Translations under genes and position numbers: made by a program
Shown: positions 11,735 to 19,728 of the stretch, piece by piece
How the letters are laid out: each line of letters opens with the position of its first letter
Position numbering within the stretch: the first letter of the stretch is position 1
The notes under the pieces: generated by a model
Seen by the model: the letters and a program-made list of their open reading frames with translations, nothing else
Databases searched by the model: none
Told to the model about the DNA's origin: nothing
Source of the DNA: a virus
IMG/VR virus record: IMGVR_UViG_2576861615_000004
Coordinates: 1 to 41,233 of that record
Reading direction: 5' to 3' (one strand)
Length of the DNA stretch: 41,233 nt

Positions 11735-12186
11735 ATATGACGAATCTGACGGCACATTTCACGCTCGAGGAATTGACCGCGAGCGACACGGCGCGCCGGC
11801 GCGGCATCGATAACACGCCGTCGGCCGCCGTTACGGCGAACCTGCGTAGGACGGCGGAAGCGCTTGAACGCGTGCGCGACGTGCTCGGCGCGCGGCCCGT
11901 GATCATCACCTCGGGCTATCGAGCAGCTGCGCTCAATCGCGCGGTTGGCGGCGTTCCGACCAGCGCGCATCTGTCGGGCCTGGCCGCCGATTTCGTCTGT
12001 CCGAAATTCGGCGCGCCGCTCGACATCTGCCGGGCGATCAGCGCGTCGCAGATCGAATTCGACCAGCTGATTCAGGAGGGCACGTGGGTTCACATCGGCC
12101 TCGCGCCGATCGGGACGAAGCCGCGGCGACAGGTGCTGACGGCATCGTTCGGCGCGACGAACACGACGTACTCGGAGGGGCTATGA
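11731..12186 (+). CDS. endolysin, peptidase M15 (VanY / L-alanyl-D-glutamate peptidase-like)
   Basis: FTLEELT...SGYR...SAH..GLAADF...WVH gives the zinc-ligand H/D/H pattern of M15 peptidases. The gene lies between the holin and Rz. ATG at 11737 is an alternative start. Confidence 0.85.
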   Translation: MNMTNLTAHFTLEELTASDTARRRGIDNTPSAAVTANLRRTAEALERVRDVLGARPVIITSGYRAAALNRAVGGVPTSAHLSGLAADFVCPKFGAPLDICRAISASQIEFDQLIQEGTWVHIGLAPIGTKPRRQVLTASFGATNTTYSEGL

Positions 12187-12665
12187 CCTGGATCGATCCG
12201 CGGCTTTGGCTCGCAATCGTCGCGGCCGTGGTCATCGGTTCCGCGGCTGGATATTTCAAGGGTCATCGCGACGCCGACCAGTCTCACACGGTGGAAACAC
12301 AGGCGCAGCGGATTCGCGAGCTCGTCGGCGAGCGCGACGAAAGCGACCGTATCGCGCGTCAACAACAGGGGAATGCTGAAAATGCTGCGAAACAACGTGA
12401 ACAGGCTCGCGCTGCTGCTGACGCTGCCGATGCTGCTGCTAACAGCCTGCGCAAGCAGGTCGCCGAGCTTGTCGCCCGCGCGCGCGATCCCGCCGCTCCG
12501 GCCGGAGGCGCGGCAACCGGCGGCACCCTCGATCTGCTTGCCGACCTGTTCGGCCGGACTGACGAGGCTGCGGGAGAGTTCGCGCGAATCGCTGACGAAC
12601 GGGGCATTGCCGGCCGGCAATGCGAAAGAGACTACGACGCGCTGACGGGCGCCGCGCCGCGATAG
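12183..12665 (+). CDS. Rz: i-spanin (Rz-like)
   Basis: ATG overlaps the endolysin stop (ATGA). The product has an N-terminal TM segment (LWLAIVAAVVIGSAAGYF) followed by a charged coiled-coil periplasmic domain. It contains an embedded +1-frame lipoprotein ORF. Confidence 0.85.
   Translation: MTWIDPRLWLAIVAAVVIGSAAGYFKGHRDADQSHTVETQAQRIRELVGERDESDRIARQQQGNAENAAKQREQARAAADAADAAANSLRKQVAELVARARDPAAPAGGAATGGTLDLLADLFGRTDEAAGEFARIADERGIAGRQCERDYDALTGAAPR
12373..12645 (+). CDS. Rz1: o-spanin (Rz1-like lipoprotein) embedded in the Rz frame
   Basis: Signal peptide plus lipobox LLLTAC, then a Pro-rich mature part. The ORF lies wholly inside the Rz-like gene in another frame, which is the classic embedded spanin architecture. 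Confidence 0.8.
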   Translation: MLKMLRNNVNRLALLLTLPMLLLTACASRSPSLSPARAIPPLRPEARQPAAPSICLPTCSAGLTRLRESSRESLTNGALPAGNAKETTTR

Positions 12666-12670
12666 AAGCA

Positions 12671-12703
12671 CCGTGGCCCGCGCTTGCCACGGGCTTTCTA
12701 TTT
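12671..12703 (+). terminator. intrinsic terminator after the lysis cassette
   Basis: Stem ccgtggc/gccacgg, followed by gctttctattt. Confidence 0.7.
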
Positions 12704-12772
12704 CCCGAATTCGTAATCGATATGTAAAATCGACGATCCGGGGATATAACAACTTCCGACCTGAGAACCACA

Positions 12773-13669
12773 ATGAAAAAAACTTTGATTTCTGCTGTGT
12801 TGGCGGGGCTTGCGCTGTCCGCGTGCGGTGGCGGCGACGACTCGTCGACGCCGGCCGCGACTGGTCCGGCAATCCGCCTTGCGTATTCCGGGGCACCGCT
12901 GGTGTCGACGCAGCGGGCGCGCGCAATGGCTGCTGCGGCGGACGTGGCGAGTGCGGCATCCGCGCCTGATGCTTCTGCCGGCGATGTGGAGCCGACGATC
13001 ACTGCGCTGCAGAACGCGTTCAAGGCGAGGGGCGCCGACATCGCGGTCTATCCTGGTGTCGTCAACGGCTCGAAGCTGCACGACATCGTCATGAGCGAAA
13101 ACGGTGGTGTCGGGCCGACTGACGCCGAGATTGCGAATTCGAAAACCAACATCAGCGAGTGGGCGCTGGTGTACTTCGAGCTCGACGATATGTCCGGATA
13201 CATCGATTCGGCACAGCGGCGCGCCGAAGTTACCCAGTTCAAGCGTGACCTGCAGGTGTACGGTGCGCGCGAATATCTCAAGGGGCGAGTCATTTTTGCG
13301 GCTCGGCCGATCGTGTCGTGTGCGGGGCCGAAGGAGGTTCGAACCGTCAACGGCGACGGGATGGTCGTGGTGGACACGTATAAGCCGACGTCGCAGGTAC
13401 TGTACGAGGTAATCGAGGGTGCCAGCAACGAGGGGTTGGTGTCGCCGATCGGTGGAATTTACAGGCCCGACGTTTCCCATATGGGCGCCGACTGCAGCAC
13501 GCCAGATCAGACGGTGCGAGATGCGCACCTCGCCAGCATTGCCGATCCGCTGGTCGATCGATACAAGGTCGCGCTCGACACGATCAATAAGTGCAAATAC
13601 AACCCGTCGGCCATTCCGGAAGCTGACCGGTCGGCACAGTGCTGGGGCATCGAGCCGGTGAATAAGTAA
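12773..13669 (+). CDS. secreted lipoprotein of unknown function (moron candidate)
   Basis: MKKTLISAVLAGLALSAC is a signal peptide with lipobox LSAC, followed by GGGDD. The 298-aa ORF sits after the late terminator and before attP. I recognised no family. Confidence 0.8.
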   Translation: MKKTLISAVLAGLALSACGGGDDSSTPAATGPAIRLAYSGAPLVSTQRARAMAAAADVASAASAPDASAGDVEPTITALQNAFKARGADIAVYPGVVNGSKLHDIVMSENGGVGPTDAEIANSKTNISEWALVYFELDDMSGYIDSAQRRAEVTQFKRDLQVYGAREYLKGRVIFAARPIVSCAGPKEVRTVNGDGMVVVDTYKPTSQVLYEVIEGASNEGLVSPIGGIYRPDVSHMGADCSTPDQTVRDAHLASIADPLVDRYKVALDTINKCKYNPSAIPEADRSAQCWGIEPVNK

Positions 13670-13875
13670 CGTCGCGCGGGGAGATCCATGTCACCGATGA
13701 AGTTGGGTCGTCCTGCCTCGATTGAATTCAAACGAAGGGCGTAGAGCCCGCGCCATTGGCAGGCTAGTCGAAAGAATAGGCGGCGTGCGGTTCGTTTCCG
13801 TTTTAACCCTCCGATGATAAAGTGCGTTGTCTACGCGGCCGTCGTGGACCCTAAAATGGCACTGAGAGGAATAAG

Positions 13876-14373
13876 ATGGCGAACGAAAACAAGCGCCTGA
13901 GCGAGGCCGGCTGGGCCGCGCTGCGCCAGCGCGAGCAGGCAGTCATGCACTACTACAACGACCAGGCGAACAACTGCACCTTCGGCGTGGGCACCCTCGC
14001 GCATACCGGCGCGTGCACGCCCGAAGAACTGCGCCGCCCGGTGACGCCGGCGCAGGTCAACGCGCAGCTCGCAGCGCGCGTGAGTACCGCGGAGGCCCAA
14101 GTCCGTCGGAACGTCACACAGCGCGAACTCACGCAGGCGCAATTCGATGAATTGGTCAGCTACACGTACAACGCCGGCAATACGGGTGCGCTGTCCGCGC
14201 TGCATTCCGCAAACCAGAACAACGACGCCGGTGTCGTATCGCACATGAATCAGCGCGTCTACATCCATCCACGCGACGCTCAAGGACGACGTCTTGCTCC
14301 GGTGCGTTCGAACGGCCTCGTCAACCGGCGCCGCCTAGAAGCCGCCCCGTTTCAGCCCCAGAGGACGCGATGA
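13876..14373 (+). CDS. GH24 (T4/lambda-type) lysozyme-like muramidase without signal or SAR/TM segment
   Basis: E20-x8-D29-x5-T35 matches the catalytic spacing of GH24 lysozymes (REQAVMHYYNDQANNCTFGVG). It also has LTQAQFDELVSYTYNAGNTGA and RRRLE blocks. The N-terminus (MANENKRLSEAGW) is hydrophilic. An SD-like gagagga lies upstream. Confidence 0.75.
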   Translation: MANENKRLSEAGWAALRQREQAVMHYYNDQANNCTFGVGTLAHTGACTPEELRRPVTPAQVNAQLAARVSTAEAQVRRNVTQRELTQAQFDELVSYTYNAGNTGALSALHSANQNNDAGVVSHMNQRVYIHPRDAQGRRLAPVRSNGLVNRRRLEAAPFQPQRTR

Positions 14374-14795
14374 AGAAGCACCTCCTCTGGATGCTCCTGG
14401 TGGTATCGGGAGCTGCGGTTGCAGATCAGAGCCCCGCCGACGAGATTTCGGCGCGCAGCGGGCTGCCGGCCAGCGAGGTCACGGCGCTACTCAACAACTG
14501 TGACGGAAGCCAGACCAGCATGAATTTCTGCGCTTGGCGCGATCAGATCGTCGCCGAGCGCGAGCTGCAGCAGGTGGTTGATAAGCAGGTCGCCGAGCAT
14601 CCGGACCGCAAGATCGGCCTTGAGGCGAAGGTGGCGAAGTGGAAGAAGGCGCGCGACACGTCCTGCGAGAAGTCGGCCCGGAAGGAGTGGGGCGACGGCT
14701 CAATGCGGCCAGCTGCGCAGGCGATTTGTGCGACGGCGGCGACGAAGCGGATGACGAAGCGGTTGTCAGTGCGTGTGACAGGCAAGCCGTCCTGA
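14370..14795 (+). CDS. secreted DUF1311 / LprI-like (lysozyme-inhibitor family) protein
   Basis: ATG overlaps the muramidase stop (ATGA). The signal peptide is MKKHLLWMLLVVSGAAVA|D. A four-Cys pattern (NNCDGSQTSMNFC ... KWKKARDTSC ... AQAIC..AATKRMTKRL) matches the DUF1311 architecture. Confidence 0.7.
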   Translation: MKKHLLWMLLVVSGAAVADQSPADEISARSGLPASEVTALLNNCDGSQTSMNFCAWRDQIVAERELQQVVDKQVAEHPDRKIGLEAKVAKWKKARDTSCEKSARKEWGDGSMRPAAQAICATAATKRMTKRLSVRVTGKPS

Positions 14796-14817
14796 TCCGA
14801 TCGGACCGGTAAGGCAA

Positions 14818-14847
14818 GAAAGCCCGCTTAGTGCGGGCTTTCTATTT
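14818..14847 (+). terminator. intrinsic terminator after the moron block
   Basis: Stem gaaagcccgc/gcgggctttc with loop ttagt, followed by tattt. It shares the 13-mer gggctttctattt with the terminator at 12671-12703. Confidence 0.8.
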
Positions 14848-15156
14848 GGCGCCGCGGTTGGTGCGATATCGGTTCGATGGCGTTACGCCAAACTCGCCGA
14901 TGAGGCGTGTCGTATAAGGCTGGAATCCGCTGCGCCCAAACTGTGCCCACGGCACAAATCGACGTCCGGCAAACCCTCTAAAAACCCACAAAACCTAAAT
15001 AGCCTACGTTGTGACCGGCGCGAGACTATTGGTTAAAAATCAATTGGTTATCACTTTCTGGCCCTGATCGATCGTCATCGACATGTATCAGATAGCCCGA
15101 GACAGATTGTGATGCTCAAAACGATGAAGCCTTGCTAGTCATGGCGTTGCGGCCGA
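14848..15156. other. candidate attP region
   Basis: A non-coding, locally AT-richer stretch directly downstream of the int 3' end. The direct repeat attggtta occurs at 15028-15035 and 15043-15050 and may be an arm-type site. The core cannot be defined without a host attB. Confidence 0.5.
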
Positions 15157-16206
15157 TCAAGACGCTTGGCGATCAAGCGAGGCATGGAAATCGGTCACAC
15201 CTTGGGACCAAACTGTGACCGATTCGGCATGTTGTGCCAGATGGTCTGGCGCAAGGTGCGCATACCGGAGAACCATGTCGTAACTCGACCATCCGCCCAG
15301 CTCCTTCAACCGCTCCAGCGGCGTGCCGTTTTGGACGTGCCAGCTCGCCCAGGTGTGGCGAACATCGTGGAATCGGAAGTTCTCGATGTTCGCCCTCGCA
15401 CATGCGGAGAGCCACTGCTCACGGTCCCACGACGTGATTCGCTTGCCGTTGCGGACAAATACGAACCGCTGATGCTTTCCAAGCTGCCGGCGGATCAAAT
15501 CTATCGCTTCACTGTTCAGCGGAACGCCGATCGGCTTGCCCGCTTTCGCCTGGTCTGGATGGATCCATGCGCGACGAGCTACCAAATCGATCTGCGACCA
15601 TTCAAGCCCCAAGATGTTTGCTTGCCTCAGGCCAGTCGCAAAGCCGAAGGCGGCAATATCCCGCATCCAGTCGCGATTGATCGAGCGCAGTAGCCGCTGC
15701 GCTTCCTCCTTCGTGATCCAGCGAATCCGCTTATTGGACTCCTTGATACATTTCAGGATCGGGGCCCGATCGATCCATTCCCACCTTACTGCTGCGTTCA
15801 GCATCCCGCGGATGGTTGCAAGATACCGATTTCGCGTCGCGACAGATGCCGGCTTGTCGTGCTTCCACCGGCCGCACATTTCCGGAAGAGCGCCCATGAT
15901 TTCGGCCGAGGTCAGAGTGTCGATCTGCCTCCCCTGAAAATAGGCGCCGAAGTGTCGTAGGTGGCCCACAAAGTTGATGTAATTCCGTTTGTGGACCTGC
16001 TCTTTGAGGTATCTCACGACGGCTTGTTCGTAGACGTAGCGGCTCCGCTCCCCGAGCTTGTGCACCCGCCACATTTCCGATCTCACCTTGTCGCGATACT
16101 CCTCAGCTTCCTTCCGGTCGGAAGTCCCACAAGAGCGGCGTATTCTTTCACCGCTTGGCGTGCGGAGATCGAGGTAATAGACGCCGCCGCGCTTTCGGAT
16201 GGACAT
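15157..16206 (-). CDS. int: tyrosine recombinase / phage integrase
   Basis: The N-terminus MSIRKRGGVYYLDLRTPSGERIRRS is an arm-binding-type sequence. The C-terminal catalytic region carries HDVRHTWASWHV ... LGGWSSYDMVLRYAHL (R..H..R..Y pattern). Confidence 0.95.
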   Translation of the reverse strand: MSIRKRGGVYYLDLRTPSGERIRRSCGTSDRKEAEEYRDKVRSEMWRVHKLGERSRYVYEQAVVRYLKEQVHKRNYINFVGHLRHFGAYFQGRQIDTLTSAEIMGALPEMCGRWKHDKPASVATRNRYLATIRGMLNAAVRWEWIDRAPILKCIKESNKRIRWITKEEAQRLLRSINRDWMRDIAAFGFATGLRQANILGLEWSQIDLVARRAWIHPDQAKAGKPIGVPLNSEAIDLIRRQLGKHQRFVFVRNGKRITSWDREQWLSACARANIENFRFHDVRHTWASWHVQNGTPLERLKELGGWSSYDMVLRYAHLAPDHLAQHAESVTVWSQGVTDFHASLDRQAS

Positions 16207-16403
16207 TGCTGATTCTCCTTTCCTTCCGTCCGCGCCGGTCGATCGGCATTGTAACCGGACGATTTCGATTTCAGTATTTCGGGCCAGATTCGCCAGACGC
16301 CGCCGATTTTGAAAAATCCCAGAGCTTTCCGGTTGGCGTAGATCGTCGAGTAAGAGACCGCGAGCAGCTCGGCGGCCTCTTTGAGGGTTAGTGCGCGTTC
16401 CAT
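16083..16403 (-). CDS. xis: excisionase-like HTH protein
   Basis: MERALTLKEAAELLAVSYSTIYANRK...GGVWRIWPE is an excisionase/AlpA-type winged HTH. An SD gaggga lies upstream of the ATG at 16403. The frame stays open for 124 nt into int. Upstream alternative starts exist at 16475 and 16541. Confidence 0.65.
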   Translation of the reverse strand: MERALTLKEAAELLAVSYSTIYANRKALGFFKIGGVWRIWPEILKSKSSGYNADRPARTEGKENQQCPSESAAASITSISARQAVKEYAALVGLPTGRKLRSIATR

Positions 16404-16515
16404 GTTTTCCCTCACAGCGTCACCTCGGCCGGTGCGATAAGAGTCTTGGCGACCCATTGGCGCATGCGCGTCCATTGCTCTTCGGGTAACAGCTGCTGCA
16501 GTTCGCTCATGTCCA

Positions 16516-18462
16516 TTATTGGTGTTCTCCTGCGCGGTCAAGCCGTTCGATCGCGGCTTGGATCAGCGCGCCCGCCTTCACGAGATTTCGACGATGCGTC
16601 GTCGGCTTCCACCAATCGGCGGCCCACGGCCATGCAGGCGGCGGATCGCCGGCAGGATACGCGAGCGTGTGCATCGCGTAGCAGCCTGCGGCGCAGGACA
16701 ATTCGTGATCGCGGTATTGGTCGTCATGTGCAGGCGTCCAGCCTTCCTGCTCGACCTGCCGGCGGCGTTCGGCGAGCACGTCGCGCGCCGCGTTCGTCAC
16801 CTCGGCGCGCGGTTCCGGCCGTTGGTTCGCCAGCTCTCGGAGAACCCTGTAAGCTTTCTTGACGCGGGGATCGGGTGAAAGGCCGATCAAGTCAAGCGCG
16901 GTTCCAATCGCCGCACGGTGCTCGACCGTCAACGCGTGGCGATCGTCTGCCTGTGCGGCGTTTTCGATCACCTCCAGCGCTTCTTCCCACGGGCAGTTCG
17001 CATTCGAATGCTCGCCGATGTCCGCACCGAAATGCTTGGCAACGGCTGCGGCCAGCTTGTCGGCCGTTTCGTGGTATTCGTCGCGCTCGCGCAGCGCTTG
17101 GTCCCACAGTTCGTCATCGGTCGGGCGAGCGTCTGCCTGCGCGGGCTGCGGGGCGGCGTAGAGCGGCACGATCTTGCCATCACCATGGGCATCAGACAGC
17201 CGCTGCGCAGCGCCCTTGTCGCGCACGATCGGAGCAAAGTCATTGCTGGCCGAGCACACATATGCCACCGCTTCCGCCGCCATAGCAGGCGAGCCGATGT
17301 ACGGCGATTTCGTGTCGAGTGCTTCGAGCAGTGCCTCGGTACGGTTCGTTGCCTCCTGCCAATACCACGATGCCGCCATCCCTTCGCCGGCGCTGTAATC
17401 CTCCAGCGCGGACTTGATCGCACCGCGCGCGAAGCTGAATAGATCGCGGCGGTCGAGCGTCACGTCGTTCGCCCCTTCCGCCCCCGTCTCGTTGGCAGGT
17501 GCGGCACGGGCGAACACCGGCACGCCAGTTTCGTCACACCTCGGCGACACGATCGCGCCGTTGCCTTCCGCCAGTTCCTTCAAATCGTCCGCACGGATAT
17601 AGCCGATGGGGGTAGCCGCTCGCTCGTCCGCCGGCACGCGCTCCGCCTCGGCCGGGATGGCAGTCGATCCGTCGACAAAGATCGCGCCTTCCTCGGGGTA
17701 CTCGGTGACCCAGCAGTACATGCCGTTGCCGGCGTGCCCTTCGCCGCGCTGGAACGTGAGTTCGCCTTCAAGCTGGTCGCGATCGCGATCCGGCGCAATG
17801 AAGTCGAGTGCTTCGATCAGCTGCGCACCGGTCAGGGTGAGCGAGTGGCCGCTGAAGTTGATCAGTTGCTCGCTCGGGTCGATTGCGCGCTCGGTAGGGG
17901 CTACTTCTTGCTGACCGTTTGTCACAATGGGTTCGAGCTGCGCGGAAGTTGCGGCGCTCCACTTTGGGAGTTCCTGCCAGCCGAGTACCTCGTCATCCGG
18001 GCCCAGAGTCGGCGTGAACAAGGTATTGAATTCCCCACTTGGGTCTTCGCCGATGTCGTACCAGCCGTCGGCGATGAATTCTTTGCCGTCTTGGTCGTGC
18101 AGGTCGTCGGCGTAGTTGTTCGCGTGGCTGGCGGCGAACACGAATACACGACGATCGTCATGTGCACGGCGAACTGCCACGATGTATTCGCGGTGTTCGC
18201 CATCCTTGGTCGGCGGGGTTCCAGTTTTCCAATGTGCACGAGCGTCGACCGTCGCAGTTTCGTGCTGCTCGACAGGGTATCCGCTGAATGCGTGCGCGAT
18301 GAACTCGGTCAGGATGAAACGATCATTGGCGTTCGGTTCGCGCGAATCGTTGTTATCGCCGACGATTTCGAACGTCTCGATTGCTGCGAGCGCAGCTTGC
18401 GCAGTGATGGGCGCAGGTTGTTCGGATGCGGACAAACTGGAATCTTGTGGTTGCGTAGTCAT
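16516..18462 (-). CDS. large acidic early protein (648 aa), mosaic, unknown function
   Basis: ATG at 18462 has a GGAG SD. The N-terminal part (AHWKTGTPP...VLGWQELPKW) resembles small W/PP-motif domains seen in lambdoid Ea22-region proteins. The C-terminal block (EGWTPAHDDQY...WPWAADWWKP...LVKAGALIQAAIERLDR) looks like a conserved phage module I cannot name with certainty. Confidence 0.8.
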   Translation of the reverse strand: MTTQPQDSSLSASEQPAPITAQAALAAIETFEIVGDNNDSREPNANDRFILTEFIAHAFSGYPVEQHETATVDARAHWKTGTPPTKDGEHREYIVAVRRAHDDRRVFVFAASHANNYADDLHDQDGKEFIADGWYDIGEDPSGEFNTLFTPTLGPDDEVLGWQELPKWSAATSAQLEPIVTNGQQEVAPTERAIDPSEQLINFSGHSLTLTGAQLIEALDFIAPDRDRDQLEGELTFQRGEGHAGNGMYCWVTEYPEEGAIFVDGSTAIPAEAERVPADERAATPIGYIRADDLKELAEGNGAIVSPRCDETGVPVFARAAPANETGAEGANDVTLDRRDLFSFARGAIKSALEDYSAGEGMAASWYWQEATNRTEALLEALDTKSPYIGSPAMAAEAVAYVCSASNDFAPIVRDKGAAQRLSDAHGDGKIVPLYAAPQPAQADARPTDDELWDQALRERDEYHETADKLAAAVAKHFGADIGEHSNANCPWEEALEVIENAAQADDRHALTVEHRAAIGTALDLIGLSPDPRVKKAYRVLRELANQRPEPRAEVTNAARDVLAERRRQVEQEGWTPAHDDQYRDHELSCAAGCYAMHTLAYPAGDPPPAWPWAADWWKPTTHRRNLVKAGALIQAAIERLDRAGEHQ

Positions 18463-18529
18463 AAAATCTCCAATGCTCAGTGCGGACGGCAGGCCGACGT
18501 GGTTGCTCCGCGGTATCCTTTTCGGCAGC

Positions 18530-18970
18530 CTAGAACGGCAGGTCCGGGTCATCGGTGGGTGGTACGGATACGGCGCGGCCCGGCTGTAGCCTCCGGCTGG
18601 CGCGCACGCGTATCCGAATCATGTCCTTGCCGGTCATGTCGCAGACGTCTAGAAGTTCGCGGAAGGCTTTATATCTGGCCTTGCTGCGCGTGCTGGCGGT
18701 CACCGTGAACCACGCTTCGTATTCGAACTCGTCGCGCCACGGGGCGAGGCAGCGCCACTCGCGCAACACTGGCGTGTCCACGATTTCCCCGTACTCGACC
18801 TGGTCAGTCGGGTGATAGAGGCGCTCCTCCTCGGACTTGTCTCCGTCGATAACGACGCAGAGATAGTGGCCGTCGGCATTCACGATCACGCCGCGTTCGC
18901 CGTAGCATTTCACCTGACGGCCGCGCTCGGCCGGCACGCCGTAGTGTTTGCGGATGTATTCGAAGCTCAC
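18530..18970 (-). CDS. hypothetical protein (146 aa), translationally coupled to the ThiF-like gene
   Basis: GTG at 18970 overlaps the ThiF-like stop (GTGA). The track ORF from 19075 is an extension overlapping ThiF. Confidence 0.65.
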   Translation of the reverse strand: MSFEYIRKHYGVPAERGRQVKCYGERGVIVNADGHYLCVVIDGDKSEEERLYHPTDQVEYGEIVDTPVLREWRCLAPWRDEFEYEAWFTVTASTRSKARYKAFRELLDVCDMTGKDMIRIRVRASRRLQPGRAVSVPPTDDPDLPF

Positions 18971-19728
18971 TGGTGGTTCTCCGTGCTCCGGACAGGCAGT
19001 GGCCGCACGTGGCCTGTCTTCAAGTTGACGAAGGCACCGCACCACGTCAGGCGCGCATGCCGGAAGAATTCCCACAGGATCGCGAGCCCCTGCGTGACGA
19101 CGGCCTGGTTGATGAACAATTCTTGCCGCTCGAGCGCCTCGGCGAGGCTGCAGCTTGGCGTGTCGTCCTCGGGAATCGACGTGTCGATCAGTTCGGGCAG
19201 TACGCTATACGGCCAGGGCAGCGGGGTGCTATCTGCGGTCGCCGTGTTTCCGGGCGCGTCGTGCGCCGCGCCGAAGATTACCTGGCCGTCGCTCGCGCGA
19301 TTTCCGAGATCCATCACATAGCTGCCCGCCTTATTCAATGCCGGCGCCAATTTCGCGCGAGCGGCCGCGCTGTCGACGCACATGACAACGAGGTCCGGCG
19401 CGCCGCGGATGATCGCGTCGGCGCCGGCATGCACCGGTCGACCGCACCAGTCGAGCCCGAAAAATGCGTTCAGGCGATGCACGAGCACGACGCTCTTTCG
19501 CTGCCCCACATCGGCCGGACTGAACATCTGCCTGCCGACGTTCGCGGCGCTCACGGTGTCGGCGTCGAACGTGGTAACGTGCAGGCCCGGGTGGCCGAGC
19601 TCGACGAGCGCGTGATTGAGGCGAGCCAGCCCTGTCAACATTTGCGACCCCGTGCCGCCGCAACCGATCAGTGCGACCGTCACTCGTTCATCGCTGAGAA
19701 AGCGGGCCGGCGTCGTGTGATGGGTCAT
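18967..19728 (-). CDS. ThiF/MoeB/E1-like adenylyltransferase (PRTRC-type ThiF family)
   Basis: Rossmann motif VALIGCGGTGSQ (GxGxxG, nt 19648-19665), DxD..SAANVGRQ, and VVMCVDSAAAR. The ATG at 19728 overlaps the upstream stop (ATGA). Confidence 0.85.
   Translation of the reverse strand: MTHHTTPARFLSDERVTVALIGCGGTGSQMLTGLARLNHALVELGHPGLHVTTFDADTVSAANVGRQMFSPADVGQRKSVVLVHRLNAFFGLDWCGRPVHAGADAIIRGAPDLVVMCVDSAAARAKLAPALNKAGSYVMDLGNRASDGQVIFGAAHDAPGNTATADSTPLPWPYSVLPELIDTSIPEDDTPSCSLAEALERQELFINQAVVTQGLAILWEFFRHARLTWCGAFVNLKTGHVRPLPVRSTENHQ

Noticed and set aside
10834-12093. 419-aa minus-strand ORF spanning the post-J gene, terminator, holin and endolysin
   Set aside because: It crosses an intrinsic terminator and three independent plus-strand genes. 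Its composition is typical of antisense frames, and it has no SD.
12090-13041. Minus-strand ORFs (289 aa and 200 aa) opposite the Rz/Rz1 and lipoprotein genes
   Set aside because: They are shadow frames of GC-rich coding DNA. The plus-strand genes have a TM segment, lipoboxes and start/stop coupling, which these ORFs lack.
14861-14900. ggttcgat motif resembling a tRNA T-loop in the attP region (possible tRNA-3'-end att core)
   Set aside because: No flanking T-stem complementarity, acceptor stem or CCA context could be built, so there is no support for a tRNA fragment. The att core remains undefined.
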